In this document: positions 21,159 through 49,573 of the stretch, piece after piece | How positions within the stretch are numbered: the stretch's first letter is position 1 | Layout: every line of letters starts with the position of its first letter | Assembly: GCF_902459465.1 (NCBI RefSeq) | Contig: NC_047083.1 | Location: forward strand, 1,736,001-1,800,000 | Length of the DNA: 64,000 nt | Origin: Asterias rubens | Lineage: Eukaryota | Direction: 5' to 3' | Notes under the pieces: generated by a model | Database searches by the model: none | Told to the model about the DNA's origin: nothing | What the model saw: only the letters and a program-made list of their open reading frames with translations | Translations under genes and position numbers: made by a program

Positions 21159-24100
21159 ATGATGGAAAAGCAACAAACACGAGCAGTGTTTGCACGTCAA
21201 CCAGGTAAACAGTTTGTTGGATTTGACACTCTTTTTACTCTAAAAAGGAGCTTTTTAAAAGTTTAACTACAAGAGGGCATGCCATGATGATGCCAGTGAT
21301 GTTGCATGCAATGATGTCCTCTATGCAATACTGTCCGGGGGGGGAGGAAGGGGCTGCACAACTGTGTTCATGACTTTTGAGACACTATGGGGAGCCATCA
21401 AAATGATCAAAGCTATAATTTATTAGTATCTTGTGTGTGGATTTTTTCTGCAATCTCATTTTGGAGGGCAAATTCGGGGTTTTGAGCTGGAGCTCGCAAA
21501 GTCCCCCGCCCTCCACGCCACGGAGAGGCCAACTTGTTGTAATGGTGTAATAAACTGTAAGTGGTAAAAGCTAAGTAAGCTAAGATATTTAGGATGACTA
21601 AAACTCTTATTAATAAAAACAAGAAAAGGAAAGGTGTCTTTCGTGTCTTTACAATTGCATTTTGTTTAAGACTACAAATTACAATGTATTTCCTACATTT
21701 TCTGCCATCTTTTTACTAAAAAAAAACATCAGCATTTTTCTTTAACATTGACTTTGGTCTTATTTTTCACTGGTAGCCCGCATCCTCCTGGTTGATTTCT
21801 CACCACCGTTCTCATCCGATACGAGGCACATCCTTCACAAGACACTGGAAGAACTCTTTGCGCTAGTTTGCAGCATGTCTGGGCCTTCTAGAGTTCCCTT
21901 CTTTGGGTTGTATGCACTCAGCTCACATGCAGAGGTGACAATAGACCTTTATCACGGTGGTGCGATCTTGATTTTACTCCATTGTAACCAAACTGAGGCT
22001 GGATGAAATAACAGTCTGGTGCCATGTTTGCGCAATGAATGTTAGCATTCATTACTGTTATTGGAAACAGAGAACAAGACCAAGATGGTGACAGCATGAT
22101 AAAGGTCTATATCAGAGCTGCAAACTCTCCACGAGATCTGCAGAAAGTTCCCTGAAAATAAACCAATCTTTACATGTTCTGATGAACCAATTTTAAAATC
22201 TCCCCCTCAAGTTTTCAAAACTTATTGGTGGTGCTCTCTCGGTTCTTTTCTCTTTCACCATGCTCTAAGGGAATGGTAAGTCCCTATAAAACACTTGAAA
22301 AAAGAGTCTCCAGACCTTTGGCTGGCCTCCATGAATTTCAAGATGATTCAGAAAATGCTCTCCCAAGCCAAGCCCTATTTTAAGTAGAAAACTGGACTTT
22401 CAAGACTAGAATTTTTCTAGTGTTTGCTTCTCTGTTGTCTAAGATGTTCATGGCAGGCAAGATGAGACTCTCATCTTCATAATTTTCTTCTTTTTATCTT
22501 CTTTTAGAATCTTCTGCCGCTGCAAAGCGTGAAAGGAAACTTCCAAAGGTTATACAACGCCTTCCAGGAGTTGAAGTCTTTCCCAGTAGACGAGTTCATT
22601 ATTCCCCCTACATCTCCAGACAATCTCGGCCAAGCTCTCAGGGAAGCCACGTCACAATTCAAGAGACAGGCTCAGACTTTAAGACAGGTTTGTAGACAGA
22701 CTGGAAATAATTGGAATGAAAGACCTCTACTGCTCTAGCGTGGGTTCGAATCCCACCAGAGAGTGATTTTGTCAGTAGTTTTTTGTTCTTCACAGAACTC
22801 TAGAAAGTACTGAGTACACAGTGCTTATGTAAGGGTAACAATTCTAAACGATACTTTTTATCAACGATGCAAAAAAAAAAAAAATAAATAAATAATATTT
22901 ATTAGAATGAAAGTGTTGTCTGTAATCAACAATCTGCATGGCTCGAATTTGGCATAAAATTCCAAAAGACGGCAAGACAAGAGTTATTTTACAAGACCGG
23001 AATCTTCATAGGAAAGAAGTTTCTACCGAGCTTAAAAGACAGTGGACACCTTTGGTAATTGTCAAATACCAGTCTTCTCACTTGGTGTATCTCAACATAT
23101 GCATAAAATAACAAACCAGCTGTGAAAATTTGAGCTCGATTGGTCGTCGGAGTTGCGAGATAACTATGAAAGAATAAAACCCTTGTCACATTCTAAACTT
23201 GAGGTCTCGAAATCAAATTCGTGGAAAATTACTTCTTTCTCGAAAACTACATCACTTCAGAGGGAGCCGTTTCTCACAATGATTTATACTATCAACCTCT
23301 CCCCATTACTTGTTACCAAGTGAGGTTTTATGCTGATAATTATTTTGAGTAATTACCAATAGTGTCCACTGCCTTTAACATGTAGCTTATTGTTGTTTAA
23401 CAAGCACCAAGACTACAGAAGATATCTCAGTAGCTGTTATAGGTTAGTATTTTTGATTCTCCAAGGGATTGTGTCAGACTCAAAGCCAACATTTGAGCAT
23501 CAATTCTTCAAAAGATATTAAACAGTGACAAATTATTATTAAATTAAAAACACAAGCCCATTGGACTTGTCAGGTCATGAGCTTACTGCCCTTAAGCTAA
23601 AAAAAAAAAAAAAAAAAATATGTTTAATTACAGGGGCTAGTTTCCAAATAATTAGCATACTCAGCATGAACTAACTGCTTAGCGCATTTGTATTCTTCAT
23701 TTCTGTACATCAGATGACAAGCTTTAATGCCCAGCTGGAGGTAACCATCATGACTTGTCGCTCAGCAGAAACCGTTGGTGAACAGATCAACTTGATCTTG
23801 CAGGACCTGGATCTTTCATCCCTCAGGGTATGACAAGAACATAGGGCCCAGTTTCATAAATCTGCTTAAGCAGAAAGTAGCTTACTGCCTAAACACTAGC
23901 AAAGTTTCCATCTGGGCCCACTTTAAAAAAACTGTTCAAAAACAACAAATTGATTGGTGTACAAGTCACAGCAATGGTAACTGTTTGGTGTTCTGGCTGG
24001 TAACCTAATTTCGCTAAGCAAGATTTTGTTGTGCTTAGCAAGTTTTGGGGCTTGCAGGCTTTATAAAGTTGGGCCATGATCTTTCTTAATGGTACCAATA

Positions 24101-27100
24101 CTCATACCAGTACGAGGTTGGATAAAGTTAAACAAATTAACTGAAATAAATGCATTATTTAAAAAATAAAAATCATGCAAATTAATTTTGACAATTTACT
24201 AGAGTTTTCCCTTTAATGATAACTTTTAAATTAAATTCTGTGGCTGCATTTTTGTTTCAATTGAAGAGGATACAAGTGGTAGCCATACAGGTTTCCTCCA
24301 GCGCCATGATGGACGTAGACAGCACCCCATTGACTGATGATAGCGTCGCTTCACCCTCATTGAAATCAGAGGAGAGCAAATCCCCAGGGACTCGATCCCC
24401 AGGGAGTGACCCCCTGGCATTAGGAGCTGTGGAGACTATCTCTTTAGAACAAGGTATTTTTTTGTTAATATGTGGTAAAATTTTACATTAATGTGGACTT
24501 TTGAGATGCTAGGTGGAGGTAGACTTGTCAGGTTAATCCATTGTTCATGGCTGGCTTTGTTCTTGATAATGTGCGCAAGCTGAGAACAAGGTAAACTGCG
24601 GAAATTTATCTGGTAAATTAAAGGAACGTTACGGAATTGGTAAGAAACAAAAATCCTGAAGATCACAGACTTACAAAAAAACTTACACGGTCTATTGATG
24701 ATAATAGTAGAAAACATCCCTTGAAATACTTTTGTCTGAAATTTCATATATTTGATGAGAAATAAATAATCTAATTTCGAGTTTTGAGTTTATCGCCCGG
24801 TGAGGGTTTTATTTTTGGCATTGATGCAATGCAAAATTTGTAATCCGTTTTTCACTATTCTGTCGTGACCCAGATGGTCAATCAATCTCGAACTTCTACA
24901 GGTTTGTCAGTTTATGTATACGGTGGATTACATAAAGTGCTTACACAGCAACTTTTTTGATAGCAAAACCAATTCTGTAATGTTCCTATAATCTGCAGCC
25001 ACCTAGTGTGGTAGCACCTAATAAGTCTCCCTATTCCGGTTGTTTTCCCCGGTTGTCAGCTTGTGTTATTTATCCAAAGCCGATATAGCATCTTGCGTTG
25101 TTGGGTAAATGTTATACACATTAAATACATCTTTTGCCCCATAGTCACAGGAAATGTGGCAGGGATGAGAGTCATTGCTGACAAAAAAAGTCTGAAACAG
25201 TGGAGTTCTAGATCACAATAAGCTTTTGAGAACAGTATCCTCAGTGCTACAGAAGTTGATCAATGAGTACGTCTTACTTCATTTGGAGAAAAGTTCAGCA
25301 TTTTTTTATTACCAAGTAGGCCTTTAAAAAGTCTGAAATCAGACAAAACTTTTGTGACAAATCTCATCCCATTGGTTCGAATCCTGGTGAGTGATGATTT
25401 TGTTTTCTTCACCTAGATGAGATCAACATTCAAGACTTCTTTCGAGGATGGCTTCATGATTTCGGAACCGACAGAGAACATCTCCACCTTAGACTACCAC
25501 CAACAGGTAAGTCCTGACTGGGCTAAACTTTGGAGTAAAGTAAACTTCCAAAAGACCACAGGTCAATTGTGGCTTAAAATGCTTTCTCCGGCAAGTGAGT
25601 AACTATCCATGAAAGTAGAGGGAAAGAGAAAACTGGGCAAGAAAAAAAGAGGAAAAGGTAACAATATTCCTGTACTTTTGTACACAGAAAGTGAAGGGAA
25701 AAATCAATACCCCAAAAGAGGAAATCAGCTTAAAAGAGAAAATCTCACACGCCTAGTACCGGACCAGAGAGTATTTCATGATACCAGAATCTCAATGAGA
25801 AAGAGCTTTCTAAACAGTTTATATAAATAATATTATGTTTTTTATTTGTACAAGCATAAACAGATAAAGAGCTATCTCATTTGCCTTTGTCGAACAATAC
25901 TTTTACCACTTTTATGGTCCAGTAACCCTTCCTTTCATTCTAAACATCCTTTGTCCTCGCCACTCCACTCCTATTGGTTCATAGCCACCAATATTGTTTC
26001 TGAAATAGGAACTTTGATTGGCTGTTATTTTCCCGCTTCTTTCTGGATCCTTTCCTTAATCCCTTTCCCCAATCCCTTTCCCCCTCTCTTTTTCTATAAA
26101 TGGATATGTATTTGTTTGTACTTGTTTTATGCCTCTGAAGAAGGTCCGGATTGGATCGAAAGCTAAGGCCATCTACCCTATTCATTATATATATAAGTTG
26201 GAATATTTTGACACGCAACCTAGTTGTAAATACCAGACTCAAAGTCAACATTTGAACATCATTTCTGTCTGTTAAAGATCTAACACAGTGACTTTTATTC
26301 AATTAAAACAAACACAAGATTTAGGGTTGAAGAAACCTCAAATAAACTTAAAAATTTTCAAATAAAATGTGCTTCTCTTGCAGTTGTTGGAGGGGAAAGT
26401 ATGACACTGAAATGTGACGTTCAGGAGAGATTCATCAACCCAGCGCTATTTCCTTTCCAAGCGCCATTTGTAAGTTTCTCAAAATTGAAAAAAACTTTTG
26501 ATTTTAAACTACATTTAAACTACATTTAAAAAGTAGCATACAATTAATTGTTTTATACATATAATATTTAAAAGCTCAAATGACAAGCAAATGCGATTAC
26601 TTATGGCATGGGGTCCGGGGTCCGCTGTAGGGAAGCAAATGGTTATAGACCTTTCCCAGCCTAATGAGTATGAGCACTAGGCACTGTGTCCGCCACTCGG
26701 AGCTTGCCGCTTGCCCAACCATCCTCTGTGAGCCCACAAGGCAAGGCCTCTGGTAGGAGAAGATGTTTCTCCTTCCTAGACACCCTGAAACGAGACACCG
26801 GCTTGGCCAGCGCTGAGGAACTACGCTCCTGCATGCTGGATTGGAACATCTGGAGAGAAATCACTGGGCAGAAATCACCTGGTAACAAAGTTCATGGGCT
26901 TTCCTCCCATATCTAACTTTGAACATTTCTTCAAAAAAATGTTTGTGTTAACTTGCTTTTCGGGATTTGGTTTTATTGTTAGCAGCCTTCAATAAAACTA
27001 TCTGACGTTCGTTTATTTGTTTGTTTTACAAAGGATGTTCACTCCAGTGTCTTCCCTGGTAAACAGCTACACAACCAACCAGCAACTGGTAAAAACAGCT

Positions 27101-30091
27101 CCTCAACGGTACCCATCATTACCCTAAGTGCCGTTGAGATGGCCAAAGTGACTGGCATATGCGATTCTATAGTAAGTGAAATGTGGGTTCGAATCCCTTG
27201 GAAGCTAAACGAAAGCACCCATATAGGCTTGTTTTGTGTGACAAAGGAGCCAGTTTATTTTGTTTTCACCCTCAATTTGGTTACAGTTCTGGGATGTCAG
27301 AATAGGAAAAAAACCTATGAGCGCAAAGCATGAAAAATTGCAAGCTCGAAAGCTTGCGGGTACGAAGTCTGCTTGCCCTATATTTATCTTTGGTTTTTAA
27401 AGGAACACATTGCCTTGGATCAGACGAGTTGGTCTATAAAAAGCATCTGTAACCGTTTTTTATAAAATGCATATGGTTGGAAAGATGTTTTAAAAGTAGA
27501 ATACAATGATCCACACAAGTTTGCCTCAAAATTTATGGGAGTAAAAAATTTTACTCCCATAAATGGCCGACCGTGTTAGTCGACGAGGTAAAAGGGAAAC
27601 ATCTTTCTACCCACATGCATTTTATAACAAACGGTTATAAACGCTTTTTATAGACCAACTCGACCGATCCAAGGCAACGTGTTCCTTTAAGCCCTACTCT
27701 GCAATCTTGGGTTTTCCATATGATTTTATCTTCATTTTCTTGTGAATTTGATCCAAGTTGAAAATATTAATGAAAAAATCAAACAAGTGATTAAACAAAA
27801 AAATCACAATCCCTGAATAATGAATTGGTGGAGGATGGATTAGAACCAGTAAAAAAAAAAAAAAAAAAAAACTTTCTTGAAAAAAATATTTGCAGGTTTT
27901 TGGAACTCCACTCCTGGTTAGGCCGACATCGTGTTGGAAGCTGGATTGGGACGAACTGGAATCGAACCAGCAGCATTTCCAAGCTTTGTGTCATGTGCTC
28001 CATGAAAAGGTAAGGCCGGATCCGAATTGGCGGCTACGGCTATGGCACGGCCGGATCTCCGCGTCATCATGCATTGAAGTATAGGACGCCCTTAGCAACA
28101 CCCCTGGCAACGGTCGTAGCCGCAGCCGTATTATGTTTCATAATATTGAGATTGGGTAGGGTGATAGTGTAAATATTTGATTTTGAACAAATTTGAGAAA
28201 AAGACAAATCTTGTTGTGTTAAAGGATTAGTAAGTGCTCGAAAATTCTCCCTTAAAAAAAAGTGCAGTGTTTCGGATTTGTTGTCCGACATCAGGGCTTT
28301 TGTAAAGCGGTGTGATAGCATGGGGGTTAACTAATATCATGTAGCAAGCTGATATAGAAGATTGTAAACAATAGTGCCTCTTTTATTCACGTTTACCGCA
28401 GAATGTAGCACTGATCGCAAGGCTAGATCACGAACAATCGAACGTCTCAAGCTACCAAGCCCCAAGACCCTTCGGTCACTTCCTCCTCCTACCCTCTCCA
28501 ACCCTCTCCCTACTACTCAAGCCAATAGCTGGGAGGGAATTGATGCTCCCAACGGACTGCACCCGTCGAGAGGGACCTCCGATCTCTGACTACGTCCAGA
28601 ACGTTACTGCTCATCTGACCAAGGTATGGGGGGGCATGGTTGGCTTGGGCGTAAAGCGCTCGCCTCTCACCAAGGTGACCCTGGTTCGATACCCGGCCAG
28701 GGCCATAATTGTGACTTGAGTTGTGCATTGGTTCTCTGCTGTGTCACAAGGGTTTTCCAGACCATCCGAAATAAGAGACCGGACTGTTTTTAAAATGGGA
28801 TTTTAAAGGCGTTCACTCATTTTTTTTATAACTCAATATGGGAAAGCTCAAATTAAGGAGTTTCCAAGTTTGGCCACAAGAACTCTGAAAGTATGCAACA
28901 AGTAGACAACATTTTGTAACCGGTACTAATTTTGCTTAAAATAGAAACTTGCTAAGCAGTGTCTTTCCACTTCATGAAATTACCCTGGTTTTGTTAGATA
29001 ATACGTTTTAATACAATTTGGTTTTTACTCATACACCGACCTAAGCATGGTCAGTGTTGTGAGTTCGAATCTCACCCGAGTGATTTGCCTCTGGCTTTTT
29101 TCCAAGGAACTCAAGAAAGAACTGAGTATACAGTGCTCAATACACAATTTGAGTTGAAGTTCTGAATAGACTTTGCGGTCTCGATGGTAAATTTAAATTT
29201 GTTCGTCTTGCAGCTCAATACATCTGATCTCTTCAACCCACTCATGTTCAAGTCGCATCTTCATAAGAGCATTATGGGAACACTTATCAGAAGCACGAGT
29301 AACGCACGACAGCTCAAACGAAAAGGTCCTGAAACAAGCGCCGTAAGTATTTAAAGCCATTGGACCCTTTCGGTATTGTCCAAGGCCCACACTTCGTGTA
29401 TCACAACTTATATTTAAAGTAACAAACCTGTGGAAATTTAAGCTCAATCGGTCATCGGAGTTGGGAGTAAATAACTTGAAAACCCAACCTTGATCCGCAC
29501 GTTTCACCGTGTCATGACATGTGTTTAAAATAAATCCGTAATTCTCGATATCGAGAATTTATATTATTTTTTTCACTATTTTCTCAAAAAGTAAAGCATT
29601 TCATGGAATAATATTTCAAGAGAAGTCTTTCACCACTACCTTCTGTAAACCCTGTATTAGTTATTTGTAAATCTGTGAACTTTTATTTATTTTTCCTGTA
29701 CCGAAAGGGTCCAATGGCTTTAAAAAAAGAAAAATCTACTCACTCAGAATCAGGACAACTTGTCAGATAATCTTTTTTTTCAGGCTTTCTAAAAAGAAAA
29801 ATTCATATCACTTTTCACAGGTTAGTTAAATTTTTCACAATACAAAGTTGAGAATTGAAAGTCATCTTTGTTAAATCAAGACCAAATTCGTAGAAAAACT
29901 GCAGGATAATTATTATTATTTTTTTTTTTTGTATTTTGTAGCAAAGAACGCAAGCTACGAGAGGTCGTCCATCTGGCCAATATTCAAGCACTCGGGGGGC
30001 CTCATCACGCGGCAGACCCCCTAGCACACAGAGATACCACCAACCACTTCAAATGGAAGGGAATCCTTACTACGACCACCACACGGAGTAG
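21159..30091 (+). CDS. M1AP: Meiosis 1 arrest protein (M1AP/C2orf65) orthologue, 537 aa
   Basis: 12 GT-AG exons, phase-compatible: 21159-21204, 21777-21934, 22508-22687, 23714-23827, 24267-24453, 25417-25506, 26384-26469, 27034-27171, 27896-28009, 28402-28623, 29214-29342, 29942-30091 (1614 nt). Motifs matching recalled human M1AP: CSMSGPSR, VKGNFQRL, LKCDVQER, RPTSCWKLDWDELESNQQHFQALCH, RELMLP, FNPL. Confidence 0.9.
22738..22870 (+). mobile_element. tRNA-derived SINE fragment (second family)
   Basis: B box GGTTCGAATCCC followed by ...ttcacagaactc(g/t)..aaagtactgagta(c/t)acagtgct; relatives at ~29055-29150 and 45725-45890. Confidence 0.6.
26640..26890 (+). mobile_element. 3' fragment of an RTE-like LINE ORF2
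   Basis: Translation HCVRHSEL.ACPTILCEP.. / RRCFSFLDTLKRDTGLASAEELRSCMLDWNIWR resembles the C-terminus of RTE-clade RT proteins; intronic, frameshifted. Confidence 0.6.
27397..27690. mobile_element. Fold-back TTAA-flanked MITE with ~90-bp imperfect TIRs
   Basis: ttaaaggaacacattgccttggatc...ggtctataaaaagc mirrored by gctttttatagaccaactcgaccgatccaaggcaacgtgttcctttaa. Confidence 0.8.
28640..28770 (+). mobile_element. tRNA-derived SINE (third family)
   Basis: A-box-like tggcttgggcgtaaagcgctcgcc, B box ggttcgatacccgg, then gagttgtgcattggttctct body; no acceptor stem. Confidence 0.55.
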
Positions 30092-30649
30092 AAGGTTAAA
30101 GTTTCAGGAAACTGGGTGTTCCAGCTTAGAAAAACTCCCTAAGTTGGCGAAGATTTATTGCATCATCATCAAGTGGTTTGATCAGTGAGAACTTTTCAGG
30201 AAACTGGGTGGTCCAGTTTGGAAACAACTCCCTATGTTAGCAAAGATTCAATGCGCTAATACTTTGCCTTTAAGGATGACAGGAAAAGTTGAACAAAACG
30301 ACTACATGGCAAAAGATTCAAACCTGCATTTTTTTATTAGATTTTAAATTATTTGTTGTTAACATTGAAGAAGAAAAGAAAGAAGGACAAAAATAGAGAA
30401 TTTAATTAACGTACTATTAGGTTTAAGAGGACATGTATAAAAACTAACAAATCACAGAATCATTATTTACATACGAAGCTGCTGATATCTAACAGCAACA
30501 GACAGAAGAACAACTTTCAAAACGAGTAAAATTTGTAAATGCGAGCCGTCCACAAAAGATATGTCACTGATGCTTAAGTTTTGGTTGTTATAAACAGTTC
30601 AACGATTCATGTTACATGTTTCGGTGTCCGAGTGTTAGTTGTATACCTT

Positions 30650-31205
30650 TTTAAATCATTATTCATAAATACCTCAGACAGTTTCGCTATTCCTATTGGT
30701 GGAGAGCGCGTCACATGGGTGCGTATAAACCTTTGTTTATGACCGGTAAAAAGTGTTAATTCATGGGCGTGACACGCGACCTTGCACCTGTTCTTAAGAA
30801 CAATAAGACAATTTCTTCATTCCTATTGGTCGAGAGCAACGGCTGAAACAGTTGTGTCACATCACGCAATACGCGCGACGCCCACATCATTCCCTTATAA
30901 GGAGTTGTTTACCCGAGGGCGGCGGAGGGCTTTACCATTTCATAGCTGGAGGGGTGTTGTGTTAAAAGAAATATTTAACAATTATAATTTTTGCATTTAT
31001 TTTACTTTTTGACCAAAAAGGGATGATGTTTTTGACCGAAAAGGTATTTATGAATGGGAATCAAAGTGTGTTGAATCGGTTTTCGACTAGTGGTTTAAAC
31101 CCGCCGAGGCCTGGTTCTTGATAATTTAACTCGACTTCGTCTCGGTAAAATTATCAAGAACCAGGCCTCGTTGAAAACCTCGTCACCACACATTGATTCC
31201 CTTAA
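30650..31205. mobile_element. Dispersed repeat containing a perfect 23-bp inverted repeat
   Basis: Left part recurs inverted at ~16680-16780; arms 31105-31127 and 31148-31170 around a 20-nt loop. Confidence 0.65.
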
Positions 31206-31304
31206 GAGACCATAACTTCGTTGGTGTTCACTGCTATATTACTATAATAATAAACGGTTAAGGAAACCGAATGAAGAAAAATTGATATTTTCTGAGTATA
31301 TACT

Positions 31305-31560
31305 GATTGCGTTCTATACGCTTCCCTGCGTCGACCCCACGGTGCTCACACAGGTGAGCCCCTGACGAGAGCTAATGAAACGATTACACTCTCCCTCTCG
31401 TTGTGACGTCATGCACCTCGGGTCACCCCCCAACTGACCCACTCCACAAGCAGGGCACTGGGGGCTGACCCGGGTGAGCCCATGGAATGACGTCAAAGCT
31501 ATTCGAACGCACCGGGGGCAGACCAGGGTCGACCCAGGGAAGCTAAACGAACGCACCCAA
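31305..31560. mobile_element. MITE with gcttccctgggtcgaccc-type TIRs
   Basis: Left gcgttctatacgcttccctgcgtcgaccc, right gggtcgacccagggaagctaaacgaacgc. Confidence 0.6.
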
Positions 31561-32206
31561 TGTAAAGCTCGAATTTGGGGAAATGTCCACAAGACTGCAG
31601 GGATTGTAGCTCAAAATATTTACTGGACCAGAGTTTATTCTACAAGACGAGAATAAAAATTAGTTGAAGAACCGGCATAGGCTTGTGTAAAATTTGACTA
31701 CAAATCACCCATTTCATCGCTCAAAAACATTTCTTAAGATAGTTCACAAAGTTGAAACAAACAAAAAACACAAATTTCAGGGACAATTATGACAGAATTT
31801 TCACAAAAATTAGTTATGGACGAGATTGGCGTTATATACAATTTGTACAACAACATATTACTTTACCTCAAAAGGGCTCTTCCGTAAGTCCCATCTGGGC
31901 CCAAGAAATGATAAAAATATCATTGAAGGCAAAAGCAAAACAGTCTGAGCCTAATAACGTGTTTAGAAAACCACTGTAATCACATAGAAGTGTATAGGGC
32001 ACCAGACTTAACGGCCACTGCATTTATAACAAAGCAAGACCGTATCCCATTTGGTGGCTGCGGCTGTTGCTAAGTGTGTCGCTATGGTCAGCCTATGCTT
32101 CAATGCACGCTGACTTAGTATTCCAGCCGGAGCTGTAGCATAAGCCATAGCCGCTAATTTGGACACTGCTAAACCTAATTGAGCTTATCTTTGATTTTAA
32201 GGAACA

Positions 32207-49573
<17,367 letters not shown>

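Noticed and set aside
27135-27200. tRNA-like element overlapping the end of M1AP exon 8
   Set aside because: Only the intronic B box matches a SINE fragment; the exonic A-box resemblance is weak and that sequence codes for conserved M1AP residues.
31360-31420. CTGACGA..GAAAC hammerhead
   Set aside because: Stem II and stem I cannot form; lies inside a TIR element.
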